Shown: piece by piece, positions 1-8,537 of the stretch
Layout: every line of letters starts with the position of its first letter
Position numbering within the stretch: the stretch's first letter is position 1
Source: an uncultured Acidimicrobiaceae bacterium
GTDB taxonomy: Bacteria > Actinomycetota > Acidimicrobiia > Acidimicrobiales > Bog-793
DNA length: 64,000 bases
Direction: 5' to 3'
Assembly: GCA_963719125.1 (NCBI GenBank)
Contig: CAVRAT010000012.1
Coordinates: 133,031 to 197,030 of the forward strand
Notes under the pieces: model-generated
Databases searched by the model: none
What the model was told of the DNA's origin: nothing
The model's input: only the letters and a program-made list of their open reading frames with translations
Made by a program: the position numbers and the translations under genes

Positions 1-1
1 C

Positions 2-112
2 ATGGTCGACGGGTCGCTGTGCGCGATGGGCGGGCTCACTCCCCTGCCGGTGCGCAGCGCCTTGGAGCACTTCCCCGAGGATTTCGATCGTGCAGGGGCA
101 GTCCCGCTGTGA
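2..112 (+). CDS. C-terminal fragment of a NuoF-like flavoprotein subunit (formate dehydrogenase beta-like); 5' end outside window
   Basis: Frame open from the window edge. It translates to ..VDGSLCAMGGLTPLPVRSALEHFPEDFDRAGAVPL*, which resembles the Cys-containing C-terminus of NuoF/FdsB-type subunits. It lies directly upstream of the fdsA-like gene. Confidence 0.55.
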   Translation: MVDGSLCAMGGLTPLPVRSALEHFPEDFDRAGAVPL

Positions 113-211
113 CACGCCCGGACGGTTTCGTGGCACCACGATGCCGTAATGGATTCGGCTCGATAACAGCCGGACCGAGGGGGAGTAGTCGATGACCCGA
201 GGAGACCAGCC

Positions 212-3046
212 ATGACGTTGCTCAGAGAGCACGACCTCGGCACGCCGGCTCAACCGGGGCCGGCCACCATCGAGCTCGAGATCGACGGGCTGGCCGTGAC
301 CGTACCCGCGGGCACTTCGATCATGCACGCCGCCGGGCTCGCCGGCATCGACGTGCCGAAGCTTTGCGCCACGGACAGCCTCGCCGCCTTCGGCTCGTGC
401 CGCCTTTGCCTGGTTGAGATAGACGGCCGTCGTGACACGCCGGCCTCGTGCACGACCCCGGTAGAGTCTGGCATGAGGGTCTCCACCCAGACTCCGCGCC
501 TCGAAAAGCTGCGCCGCGGAGTCATGGAGCTGTACATATCGGACCACCCCCTTGACTGCCTCACCTGCGCCGCGAACGGCGACTGCGAGCTCCAGGACAT
601 GGCGGGTGCCGTCGGTCTGCGAGAGATCCGCTACGGCTACGCCGGAGAGAACCACCTCGACACCTCAAAGGACGAGAGCAACCCCTATTTCACTTTCGAC
701 GGCTCCAAGTGCATCGTCTGCTCGCGCTGTGTGCGGGCTTGCGAGGAGATCCAGGGGACTTTCGCCTTGACAATCGCAGGCCGCGGATTCAACTCCAGGG
801 TCGCGCCCGGTGCAGGCGACTTCCTCGGGTCCGAGTGTGTCTCCTGCGGCGCATGCGTGCAGGCGTGCCCGACGGCGACACTCGAGGAAAAGACTGTGAT
901 CAATCTCGGCGTGCCACGCCGATCTGTGATCACGACCTGCGCCTACTGCGGGGTCGGCTGCTCGTTCAAGGCAGAGCTTCGTGGGGACGAGGTAGTCCGT
1001 ATGGTGCCCTACAAGGATGGGGGCGCCAACGAAGGCCACTCCTGTGTGAAGGGCCGTTTCGCCTGGGGCTACGCGACTCACAAGGAGCGTGTGCTCACGC
1101 CGATGGTCCGTGAGGCCATCACGGACGCCTGGCGCGCCGTGAGCTGGGAAGAGGCCATCTCCTACACGGCTGATCGCCTGAGATCCATCCAGGCTCGCCA
1201 TGGAATAAGTGCGATCGGGGGGATCACCTCCTCGCGTTGCACCAACGAAGAGGTGTTCGTCGTCCAGAAGATGGTAAGGGCCGCCTTCGGCAACAACAAC
1301 GTCGACACCTGCGCCCGGGTCTGCCACTCCCCGACCGGATTCGGCCTGAAACAGACCTTTGGCACATCGGCCGGCACACAGGACTTCCGCTCGGTCGACA
1401 GCTGTGACGTCATCGTCGTCATCGGCGCGAACCCGACCGAGGCGCACCCCGTGTTCGCCTCCCGGATGAAGCGCCGGCTCCGACAGGGCGCGAAGCTCAT
1501 CGTGATCGACCCGCGGCGTACCGAGATCGTCCGCTCGCCGCACATCGAGGCCGACTATCACCTGCAACTGCAACCGGGCACCAACGTGGCCGTCGTCAAC
1601 GCCATCGCCCATGTCGTGGTGACCGAGGGCCTCGTGGACGACGAGTTCGTGGCCGAACGCTGCGAACCGGACGACTTCAACAGGTGGGCAGCGTTCATCT
1701 CGGCGCCGGAGTACAGCCCCGAGGCGACCGAGGAGATCACCGGCGTGCCGGCCCCGGACCTGCGCGCGGCCGCCCGCCTCTACGCGACTGGTGGCAATGC
1801 CGCGATCTACTACGGCCTCGGCGTCACCGAGCACAGCCAGGGTTCCACGATGGTGATGGGCCTGGCGAACCTCGCCATGGCAACCGGCAACATCGGCAGG
1901 CAGGGTGTCGGAGTCAATCCGCTGCGGGGACAGAACAACGTGCAGGGCTCCTGCGACATGGGCTCGTTCCCGCACGAGTTCCCGGGATACCGCCACGTGT
2001 CCGACGACACGGTCCGCCACATGTTCGAGGAGACCTGGGGTCGACCACTCGACTCAGAGCCGGGCCTGCGCATCCCCAACATGTTCGACGGGGCGATCGA
2101 GGGGACCTTCAAGGCCCTCTACGTGCAGGGCGAGGACATCGCCCAGTCCGACCCGAACACCCACCATGTGCAGGCGGCGTTGGCCTCCCTCGAGCTGTGC
2201 GTGGTTCAGGACCTCTTCTTGAACGAGACAGCCAAATTCGCGCACGTCTTCCTGCCGGGAACTTCGTTCCTGGAAAAGGACGGGACCTTCACGAATGCCG
2301 AGCGACGTATAAACCGGGTCAGGCCCGTGATGGCGCCGCGCAACGGCAAACAGGAATGGCAGGTGGTCTGCGAGCTTGCCACTGCGATGGGCTACCCCAT
2401 GCATTATGGGACCTCCAGCGAGATCATGGACGAGATCGCGATGACAACGCCCACCTTCGCCGCCGTTTCCTTCGCCAAACTGGACGCGCTCGGGAGCGTG
2501 CAGTGGCCCTGCAACGAGGCCGCGCCTTCGGGCACGCCGATAATGCACATAGACAAGTTCGTCCGCGGCAAGGGCCGGTTCGTCGAGACCCCGTTCATTC
2601 CGACGGACGAACGGACGAACCGCCGCTATCCGCTCATCCTCACGACAGGGCGCATCCTTTCCCAGTACAACGTCGGGGCACAGACGCGAAGGACGGAGAA
2701 CGTCGCGTGGCATCCGGAGGACCTGCTCGAGATACACCCGTACGACGCAGAAGAGCGCGGCGTGGTCGAAGGCGGCTGGGTGACGCTCGCGAGCCGCTCC
2801 GGTGAAACCGAGCTCCGCGTCCACATCACCGATCGCGTGCCCCAAGGGGTCGTGTACACCACGTTCCACCACCCCGTCACCGGTGCCAACGTCGTGACCA
2901 CAGAGTATTCGGACTGGGCCACGAACTGCCCTGAGTACAAGGTGAGTGCCGTGCAGGTGCGAGCGCGCGTGCACGCGAGACGTGCCCACGAGTCCCCGAG
3001 CGTCCCGTCGGACCCGGTTCACGCCAACGTAGCGGCCCTGCGCTGA
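212..3046 (+). CDS. fdsA: NAD-dependent formate dehydrogenase alpha subunit (molybdopterin, Cys-type)
   Basis: 944-aa ORF with N-terminal 2Fe-2S (CRLCLVEIDG) and 4Fe-4S clusters (CIVCSRCVRAC, CVSCGACVQACP). A molybdopterin oxidoreductase body follows, with active-site CARVCHSPT. SD GAGGAG lies upstream. Confidence 0.93.
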   Translation: MTLLREHDLGTPAQPGPATIELEIDGLAVTVPAGTSIMHAAGLAGIDVPKLCATDSLAAFGSCRLCLVEIDGRRDTPASCTTPVESGMRVSTQTPRLEKLRRGVMELYISDHPLDCLTCAANGDCELQDMAGAVGLREIRYGYAGENHLDTSKDESNPYFTFDGSKCIVCSRCVRACEEIQGTFALTIAGRGFNSRVAPGAGDFLGSECVSCGACVQACPTATLEEKTVINLGVPRRSVITTCAYCGVGCSFKAELRGDEVVRMVPYKDGGANEGHSCVKGRFAWGYATHKERVLTPMVREAITDAWRAVSWEEAISYTADRLRSIQARHGISAIGGITSSRCTNEEVFVVQKMVRAAFGNNNVDTCARVCHSPTGFGLKQTFGTSAGTQDFRSVDSCDVIVVIGANPTEAHPVFASRMKRRLRQGAKLIVIDPRRTEIVRSPHIEADYHLQLQPGTNVAVVNAIAHVVVTEGLVDDEFVAERCEPDDFNRWAAFISAPEYSPEATEEITGVPAPDLRAAARLYATGGNAAIYYGLGVTEHSQGSTMVMGLANLAMATGNIGRQGVGVNPLRGQNNVQGSCDMGSFPHEFPGYRHVSDDTVRHMFEETWGRPLDSEPGLRIPNMFDGAIEGTFKALYVQGEDIAQSDPNTHHVQAALASLELCVVQDLFLNETAKFAHVFLPGTSFLEKDGTFTNAERRINRVRPVMAPRNGKQEWQVVCELATAMGYPMHYGTSSEIMDEIAMTTPTFAAVSFAKLDALGSVQWPCNEAAPSGTPIMHIDKFVRGKGRFVETPFIPTDERTNRRYPLILTTGRILSQYNVGAQTRRTENVAWHPEDLLEIHPYDAEERGVVEGGWVTLASRSGETELRVHITDRVPQGVVYTTFHHPVTGANVVTTEYSDWATNCPEYKVSAVQVRARVHARRAHESPSVPSDPVHANVAALR

Positions 3047-3056
3047 GGAGAGACCG

Positions 3057-3272
3057 ATGGTAAGGGCTGACCTGGTGCGAATGGCCAACCAGATTGCGGC
3101 AAACTTCCGCCACCATCCTGAGGCGCAAGCCGCAGCCGAAGTGGCAGATCATATCCGCATGTTCTGGCCGCCTCTGATGCGGCGAGAGCTTCTGGACAAC
3201 GTCCACAATGGCGGCTTCGACCCGCTCGTGGTCGCCGCCGCTGGTCTCCTCGCGGAGGCGACGCCGGCCTGA
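3057..3272 (+). CDS. fdsD: formate dehydrogenase delta subunit (FdsD family)
   Basis: 71-aa ORF (MVRADLVRMANQIAANFRHHPE...) starting 10 nt after the fdsA stop. Size and sequence are typical of FdsD. Confidence 0.75.
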   Translation: MVRADLVRMANQIAANFRHHPEAQAAAEVADHIRMFWPPLMRRELLDNVHNGGFDPLVVAAAGLLAEATPA

Positions 3273-3303
3273 CGCCGTGCACCGACCGGCCCCTCGATGA
3301 CTG

Positions 3304-4272
3304 TCAGGCCTCGAGATCCACCCTTTCACGGTGGCAGTACACGTTGAACCTGTCGCCACGCAAGAACCCGACAACCGTCATGCCGAGCCGCTCGCCCGCT
3401 TCGACTGCGAGGCTCGATGGCGCCGAGACCGCACAGGTGATGGGGATGCCGGCCACGGCCGCCTTCTGGACAATCTCGAAACTCACGCGTCCCGACACGA
3501 GCAGCAACCGGTCTCTGAGCGGCATGCTGCCCGAGAGAAGGCCGTGACCGATCAGCTTGTCGACGGCGTTATGGCGCCCGACATCCTCCCGTGACTCGAG
3601 GAGACGCCCATCTGCGTCAAAGAGCGCCGCGGCGTGAAGGCCGCCTGTCTGCTCGAAAATGTGCTGGGAGCTGCGCAACACGTCGGGCAACGAGACGATC
3701 GTAGAGCGGGCGACCACCGGCCCGGGCCCGGTCACCGGACAGTTGATCGCGACTTGGTCGAGGGAAGCCTTTCCGCAGATCCCACAGCTCGACGAGGCGA
3801 AGAAGTGCCGCTCGGCGAAGTCCACGCTGAACGGCACGGTGAGATCCACGGTCACCACGTTGTAGTGCTGCTCCTCGGGTGCGACATCGCAGTAGCGAAT
3901 GCCCGCAATCTCATAGAGTCCGTGGACGAGCCCTTCGCTCACGAGGAACCCGGCGGCGAGCTCGAAGTCGTTGCCCGGCGTCCGCATCGTCACTGCGACG
4001 CTCACCGGGTCCTGACGCCTGCCCCTGACCTGAATCGCCATCGGCTCCTCGGTGGCAAGACGGTCCGGTCGTTCGAAGCTGGCACCGGTTCCATTCACCG
4101 CCAGCACCTGGACCGCTGTGGTCGCGCGGCGGGCTGCAGGACGGGTCGACAACGGTTCTTGCAGCTGAGCCGACCGACGGGAGGCCTCAGCTGCCGGCTC
4201 GCGCATGGCCGGAAGTCTAACGAGCAGCGTCCGGGACTCTTCCTGCTCTCTCGGCTCACGGCCTTTCGTCAC
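3304..4272 (-). CDS. fdhD: formate dehydrogenase accessory sulfurtransferase FdhD
   Basis: SSCGICGKASLD motif, TPGNDFELAAGFLVSEGL and a GRHNAVDK region. Longest ORF given; an alternative ATG at 4206 fits FdhD length better. Confidence 0.88.
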   Translation of the reverse strand: MTKGREPREQEESRTLLVRLPAMREPAAEASRRSAQLQEPLSTRPAARRATTAVQVLAVNGTGASFERPDRLATEEPMAIQVRGRRQDPVSVAVTMRTPGNDFELAAGFLVSEGLVHGLYEIAGIRYCDVAPEEQHYNVVTVDLTVPFSVDFAERHFFASSSCGICGKASLDQVAINCPVTGPGPVVARSTIVSLPDVLRSSQHIFEQTGGLHAAALFDADGRLLESREDVGRHNAVDKLIGHGLLSGSMPLRDRLLLVSGRVSFEIVQKAAVAGIPITCAVSAPSSLAVEAGERLGMTVVGFLRGDRFNVYCHRERVDLEA

Positions 4273-4325
4273 GCCGTCTGCACAGGTGCTGACCCGATGT
4301 GCTCACACGCCATTTGGGCCTGGCG

Positions 4326-5231
4326 TCATTCCAGCACGGATTCGACTGGCTGGCGATGCCGGGCGGCGACAATCGCGATGGCAGAGAGTCCGGTAAGGCC
4401 ACAGCAGACCTGAACAACGGTCAGGGGCTGGCGGAGGATGACCACCGCGGCTGCGGCCGCGACGATCGGGTTGCTCGATCCGATAACTGACGAGACCGAG
4501 GCGTCGACGTACCTGTGAGCCCAGTTCATCACCAGATGGGCCCCTCCCGGCACGACGGCGAGTAGGGCTATCCACAACAAGTCGCCGGCGTGCACCCGCG
4601 CGAGGGACTGCCCCGACACCAACACCACCAATGTCAAGGTCCCGGCGGCCACGATCGTCACGACGGCGGTGTACTCCAACGCGTTCTGCTTCGCCCTGGC
4701 GTGCTTGGACACGAGCCAGTAGGCAGACCAGGACAGCATGGACCCAGTGGCAAGGAGGTCTCCGAACAGCTGGTGGTGGCTAGTCACTCCCGGACCGATC
4801 ACGGCGGCTGAGACTCCGGCCATGGCCACAAGGATCCAGAAGACGTCCCAGCGTCCCATCCGCTCGCCGAACAAGGGCCGCGCGACCATGAGCACCAGGG
4901 CCGGCTGAACGGCACCGATGACCGTCACGTCGACCACGCTCGTGAGTTTTAGAGCACAGAAGAACATGGCCATGTCCCCGGCCAGGAACAGACCGCCGAG
5001 CCAGGAAACGCGAAAGTGATCCCAGCTCAATCGGCGGCCGGACGCGTACACGGCGATCGAAAGAAGTGCGGCGCCGAGCCACAAGCGATAGAAGCACAAC
5101 ACGAGGCCGGACGCCGACGCGAGCCTCGCGAAGATCGCCGCGAAACCCCAACCGACCGACGCCAGCCCAGAGGCACCGAGCCCGACCGCCTGATGCCTGG
5201 AGCGTGTGGGCGGGGCTGCCAGGGTGGTCAT
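4326..5231 (-). CDS. EamA/DMT-family transporter (10-TM type)
   Basis: 301-aa, strongly hydrophobic, with two-fold internal EamA-like organisation. Confidence 0.8.
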   Translation of the reverse strand: MTTLAAPPTRSRHQAVGLGASGLASVGWGFAAIFARLASASGLVLCFYRLWLGAALLSIAVYASGRRLSWDHFRVSWLGGLFLAGDMAMFFCALKLTSVVDVTVIGAVQPALVLMVARPLFGERMGRWDVFWILVAMAGVSAAVIGPGVTSHHQLFGDLLATGSMLSWSAYWLVSKHARAKQNALEYTAVVTIVAAGTLTLVVLVSGQSLARVHAGDLLWIALLAVVPGGAHLVMNWAHRYVDASVSSVIGSSNPIVAAAAAVVILRQPLTVVQVCCGLTGLSAIAIVAARHRQPVESVLE

Positions 5232-5329
5232 CTCAGACGATCGTACCGGGACACAACCGGGACAACGAAGGTGTCTGCAACGGTGTCACACGCCTGGGTG
5301 GCATTGCAGGTTCCGGGTAGCCTCACGCC

Positions 5330-5602
5330 ATGAGTCTCCAGCGGCTACGTGTGGTCGTCACGGGCCGGGTTCAGAACGTCTGGTACCGCGACAGCTGTCG
5401 CAACGAAGCACTGGCACGAGGTGTCGCGGGATGGGTACGGAACTGCTCCGCCGGCAGCGTGGAGGCCGTGTTCGAGGGGTCCCCCGAGGCTTTGAGCCAG
5501 ATGGTCTCGTGGTGTCGCACAGGCCCTCCGCGGGCGCGGGTCGACGACGTGGAGGTGACAGAGGAGCCGGTGCAGAACGAGGTCGGTTTCCAGATCCGGT
5601 AG
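5330..5602 (+). CDS. acyP: acylphosphatase
   Basis: 90-aa ORF with V-x-G-x-V-Q-x-V-x-[YF]-R (VTGRVQNVWYRDS) and GWVRN motifs. Confidence 0.9.
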   Translation: MSLQRLRVVVTGRVQNVWYRDSCRNEALARGVAGWVRNCSAGSVEAVFEGSPEALSQMVSWCRTGPPRARVDDVEVTEEPVQNEVGFQIR

Positions 5603-6294
5603 TTGGTGGACAGGCTCCGTGAACCACGATTCGGCCTTCGTGGCCAGGATTGCTACCGAGCCAGCAAAGTCACTGTCGGTGCCGTCAAGGAGTAGGTTTC
5701 GCCCGTGGGCTTCATATTCCGCAAGTTTCTCGCCGTGATGCGGCAACGACGGGAACGCCGAAACCGGGCACGCGGACGCTGACCTCGGGGAAGTAGTCGT
5801 CGCCGATCAGGTCATGCGGCCGAGCCCAGTCGTCACCGAAGTCACGAGTTGTCGCGCCGCGAGGCCGTCAACCCGCGGTCCTTGACGACCAGGCTCGCGG
5901 TCATGATGTCCGGGTGAAGGGGCGTGGTGCCGACCCTCGCGATCGGCAGTGGGAGATCGACCTGCCTTCCTATCGTGTCTACTTCCATCGCTCCAGTGGA
6001 GCCAGCGACGAGTACGAAGTCAGCGACGCCGACGTAATCGAAGTTCTCGACTCGGCTGAAGCTCCACGAGCAGGGCGGACGTAGGTCCTGTACGCCCGTG
6101 TACCCCACGACGGCCTTGGCCTCGTACGCCTTTTGGGCACCGATCCCAACAACGCACACTCGCGGCCCGGCACAAAGGCTTTGGACTAGGCCCCGAACTT
6201 TCTCTTTGGCACGGCCCCAAGAGCCGCCGTCTTCGCGGACTTGACCGGGCGCGCTGTCGGGTCCGCTACCCGGTGAACCGTTCGACGGCGGCAA
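5603..6294 (-). pseudogene. possible decayed gene: minus-strand coding signal split over three frames (longest intact piece is the 150-aa ORF 5842..6294)
   Basis: The ORF 5842..6294 ends ...LVVKDRGLTASRRDNS*. Coding-like sequence then continues in a second frame (TTRDFGDDWARPHDLIGDDYFPEVSVRVPGFGVPVVA) and a third (PHHGEKLAEYEAHGRNLLLDGTDSDFAGSVAILATKAESWF). No plus-strand ORF covers this region. No family assigned. Confidence 0.3.
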
Positions 6295-7372
6295 CGAACG
6301 CCGGCTCGTCCTGGGCTATCGCGTCGTATCCCGCGTCGGGAAGGATGACCAGCAACGCATGGTGGAGCTCGGTGGCAAGCTCAGTCGCGTTTGCCGAGGG
6401 AAACACGATGTCGTCAGCGCCCGAGACCACAAGGGCCGGGATCTTCACGCGTGGGAGATAATCCAGCAACTTGGTGCTCTTCCAGATGGACGCTTGGAGC
6501 GCGGCCTCTGCCTTGATGGTCGGCGCCGTGAGCCAGTCAGGGCTCCCTTGGAACAGGTAGCTCTGCCAGCGCGCCCGCTCCTGCAATCCCGTGGTCGTTG
6601 AAGGGAACAGGAGCCCTGACAGTTCCGAGGGTGTGTCACCCGGCGTCGCGAGAAGCCGCACGACCGCGGGTGTGGGCAGCGACGCCCCGGCACCCCCGGC
6701 AGAGGTGTCGACGAGAACAAGCGAGGACGCGATCTCGGGATGACGCTCCGCCAATGACAGGGCGATCTCGCCGCCGAGGCCCCATCCCAGCACGATGGGA
6801 TCGGACAGCCCGAGGGTGAGTACCAGTCCAGCGGTCATGTCCGCCAGCCATGGGAGTGAGAGTGGGCTCGGTGTGGGCCCTGAGTACCCGGCTCCGGGAA
6901 GGTCGAACATGGTCACGGTGTAGTGACTCGAGAGATCCGACAGCAACGCCGGGTCCCACCACGACATGGTTCCCTCCTGGCCTGTTATGAGGAGAAGGTC
7001 CGGACCGCTCCCGAAGGTCTGGTATGCGATCGGGACCATCTTTGACCAGGCGCCACTCCCCTCCGAAATGACAGGAAGCGCGACGTCACCGGCTGGCAGC
7101 GCGGTGACCCGAGCCCGGAAGATCGACGTCCCGGCAATCGGTACGGGACGCGTGGTGGTCGTCGTGGTTGTCGAGGAAGTCGTGGTGGTCGTCGAGGAAG
7201 TCGTGGTGGTCGTCGAGGAAGTCGAGGAAGTCGTAAGGCCGCCTTGGTTCGAGCTGCACGCCGCCGCCAAGACAACAAGCGCCACCGACACTGTCAGTGC
7301 CGTGAGCTGCTCCGCCCCGCGCCGGCGATCGCGCGCGAATCCGGAGGGTCCACGCGCGAGCCTGTGGAACAT
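6266..7372 (-). CDS. secreted alpha/beta-hydrolase lipoprotein with Ser/Thr-rich linker
   Basis: Internal ATG at 7372 overlaps the upstream stop (ATGA). Signal plus lipobox ...VVLAAAC, an STTTTT linker, then an alpha/beta hydrolase fold (GWGLGG nucleophile-elbow-like, C-terminal PDAGY..). The longer 541-aa ORF is an Arg-rich artefact. Confidence 0.82.
   Translation of the reverse strand: MFHRLARGPSGFARDRRRGAEQLTALTVSVALVVLAAACSSNQGGLTTSSTSSTTTTTSSTTTTTSSTTTTTTTRPVPIAGTSIFRARVTALPAGDVALPVISEGSGAWSKMVPIAYQTFGSGPDLLLITGQEGTMSWWDPALLSDLSSHYTVTMFDLPGAGYSGPTPSPLSLPWLADMTAGLVLTLGLSDPIVLGWGLGGEIALSLAERHPEIASSLVLVDTSAGGAGASLPTPAVVRLLATPGDTPSELSGLLFPSTTTGLQERARWQSYLFQGSPDWLTAPTIKAEAALQASIWKSTKLLDYLPRVKIPALVVSGADDIVFPSANATELATELHHALLVILPDAGYDAIAQDEPAFVAAVERFTG
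7152..7229 (-). repeat. 21-bp tandem repeat (two perfect copies 7179-7199 and 7200-7220, plus degenerate flanking copies) encoding the S/T linker
   Basis: gtcgtggtggtcgtcgaggaa occurs twice in perfect tandem, flanked by related partial units. It translates on the minus strand to (S)STTTTT repeats. Confidence 0.85.
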
Positions 7373-8475
7373 CAAGCGGGGCCCTTCGGGGACCGATCCG
7401 GTCCGGCCCCGGTGCTGAGTCTGGAGACGTGACCGGCAGGCGGGACCTCGGTCACGTCCTTCCAAGAGATCCGCGCCAATCGCTTCGCCGACACGTAGTC
7501 GTTCTCGGCGTACCAACGCGCAGAGCGCATGATCGCCTCGACGGCAGGCCGGGACCGGTAACCGAGCTCTCGGCGGGCCCTGGCATCGCTGAAGATCATG
7601 CGGGTCGCGGCCATCCGCGCTCCTTCGAGCGGAACGTTCGGCTCCCGGCGCAGGAGGCGCCCTTCGACCAGGTCCGAGGCGTGTGCCGCAACCAGGGCGA
7701 CCTGCCTGGGGACCTTGAACCTGGCCCGGGGCAGGCCGGTTCCCGCCGCAAGCACGTCGAGGATCTGCCGGAGCGCGAGGTTCTCGCCTCCCAGCACGTA
7801 GCTGCGGCCCTGCGCACCCAGCTCGGCCGCGAGCAGGTGCCCAGCGGCGACGTCGTCCACGGCGACGACGTTCAGCGCCGTGTCGAACCAACCAGGGATA
7901 CGGCCGTTCAGGAAGTCGAGAATCGTCTTGCCGGTTGGCGTCGGTGCCCGGTCACCGGGACCCAGGGGCAACGTGGGCTGTACCAGGACGACCGGCAGGC
8001 CCTGGGCACCTGCGCGAAGGACCTCGTGCTCGGCCACGTACTTCGACTGCTTGTAAAGCCCGAAGAGGTGGCCGATACGCGCCCACGCCATCTCGTCCGC
8101 GGCACAGCCGTTCTCGGTCCCGTCCAGGCCGATCGTCCCGACGGTGCTCGTGTAGACGACCCTCTCGACCCCAGCGGCCTTGGCTGCGTCGATCACGTTC
8201 AAGCTGCCGCCGACGTTGACGTCGTAGAAGTCCGCCGCGTTCGGCGCCCAGAATCTGTACACGGCGGCGACGTGGAAGACCATGCGGCACCCGACGGCGG
8301 CGGCCGCGACGCCAGGGCCGTCGCGCAGGTCCGCCACAATGGGCTCCACGGCGAGGCCATCGAGGTTGTCGCTCGGCACTCCGGGCTGGAGCAGGGCGAC
8401 GACCTGGGCGCCGCGTGCCAGCAGCGCCCGGGTGACAGCCGAGCCGATGAAGCCGGCCGCGCCCGTGACGAGCAT
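7372..8475 (-). CDS. NAD-dependent epimerase/dehydratase (extended SDR, HpnA / dihydroflavonol-reductase-like)
   Basis: Start MLVTGAAGFIGSAV (Rossmann GxxGxxG) and YKQSKYVAE (YxxxK). Overall it resembles hopanoid-associated sugar epimerase-type SDRs, as far as I remember them. The N-terminal part of the 478-aa ORF is discarded. Confidence 0.82.
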   Translation of the reverse strand: MLVTGAAGFIGSAVTRALLARGAQVVALLQPGVPSDNLDGLAVEPIVADLRDGPGVAAAAVGCRMVFHVAAVYRFWAPNAADFYDVNVGGSLNVIDAAKAAGVERVVYTSTVGTIGLDGTENGCAADEMAWARIGHLFGLYKQSKYVAEHEVLRAGAQGLPVVLVQPTLPLGPGDRAPTPTGKTILDFLNGRIPGWFDTALNVVAVDDVAAGHLLAAELGAQGRSYVLGGENLALRQILDVLAAGTGLPRARFKVPRQVALVAAHASDLVEGRLLRREPNVPLEGARMAATRMIFSDARARRELGYRSRPAVEAIMRSARWYAENDYVSAKRLARISWKDVTEVPPAGHVSRLSTGAGPDRSPKGPA

Positions 8476-8537
8476 CCGGTCGCCCGGCCTGATGGCCGTC
8501 GGTGGTTGCACAGCCGGGCCGTTCAGGCCAGGCGAGC

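Noticed and set aside
1310-1335. Possible selenocysteine (in-frame TGA) at the formate dehydrogenase active site
   Set aside because: The active-site motif reads CARVCHSPT with a TGC Cys codon (1322-1324). The ORF has no internal stop, so this is a Cys-type enzyme with no SECIS to look for.
5624-5643. Hairpin CCACGA-ttcggcct-TCGTGG 20 nt downstream of acyP as a terminator
   Set aside because: The stem is only 6 bp with an 8-nt loop and no U-tract. It also falls within the putative decayed minus-strand gene, so there is not enough support to call it.
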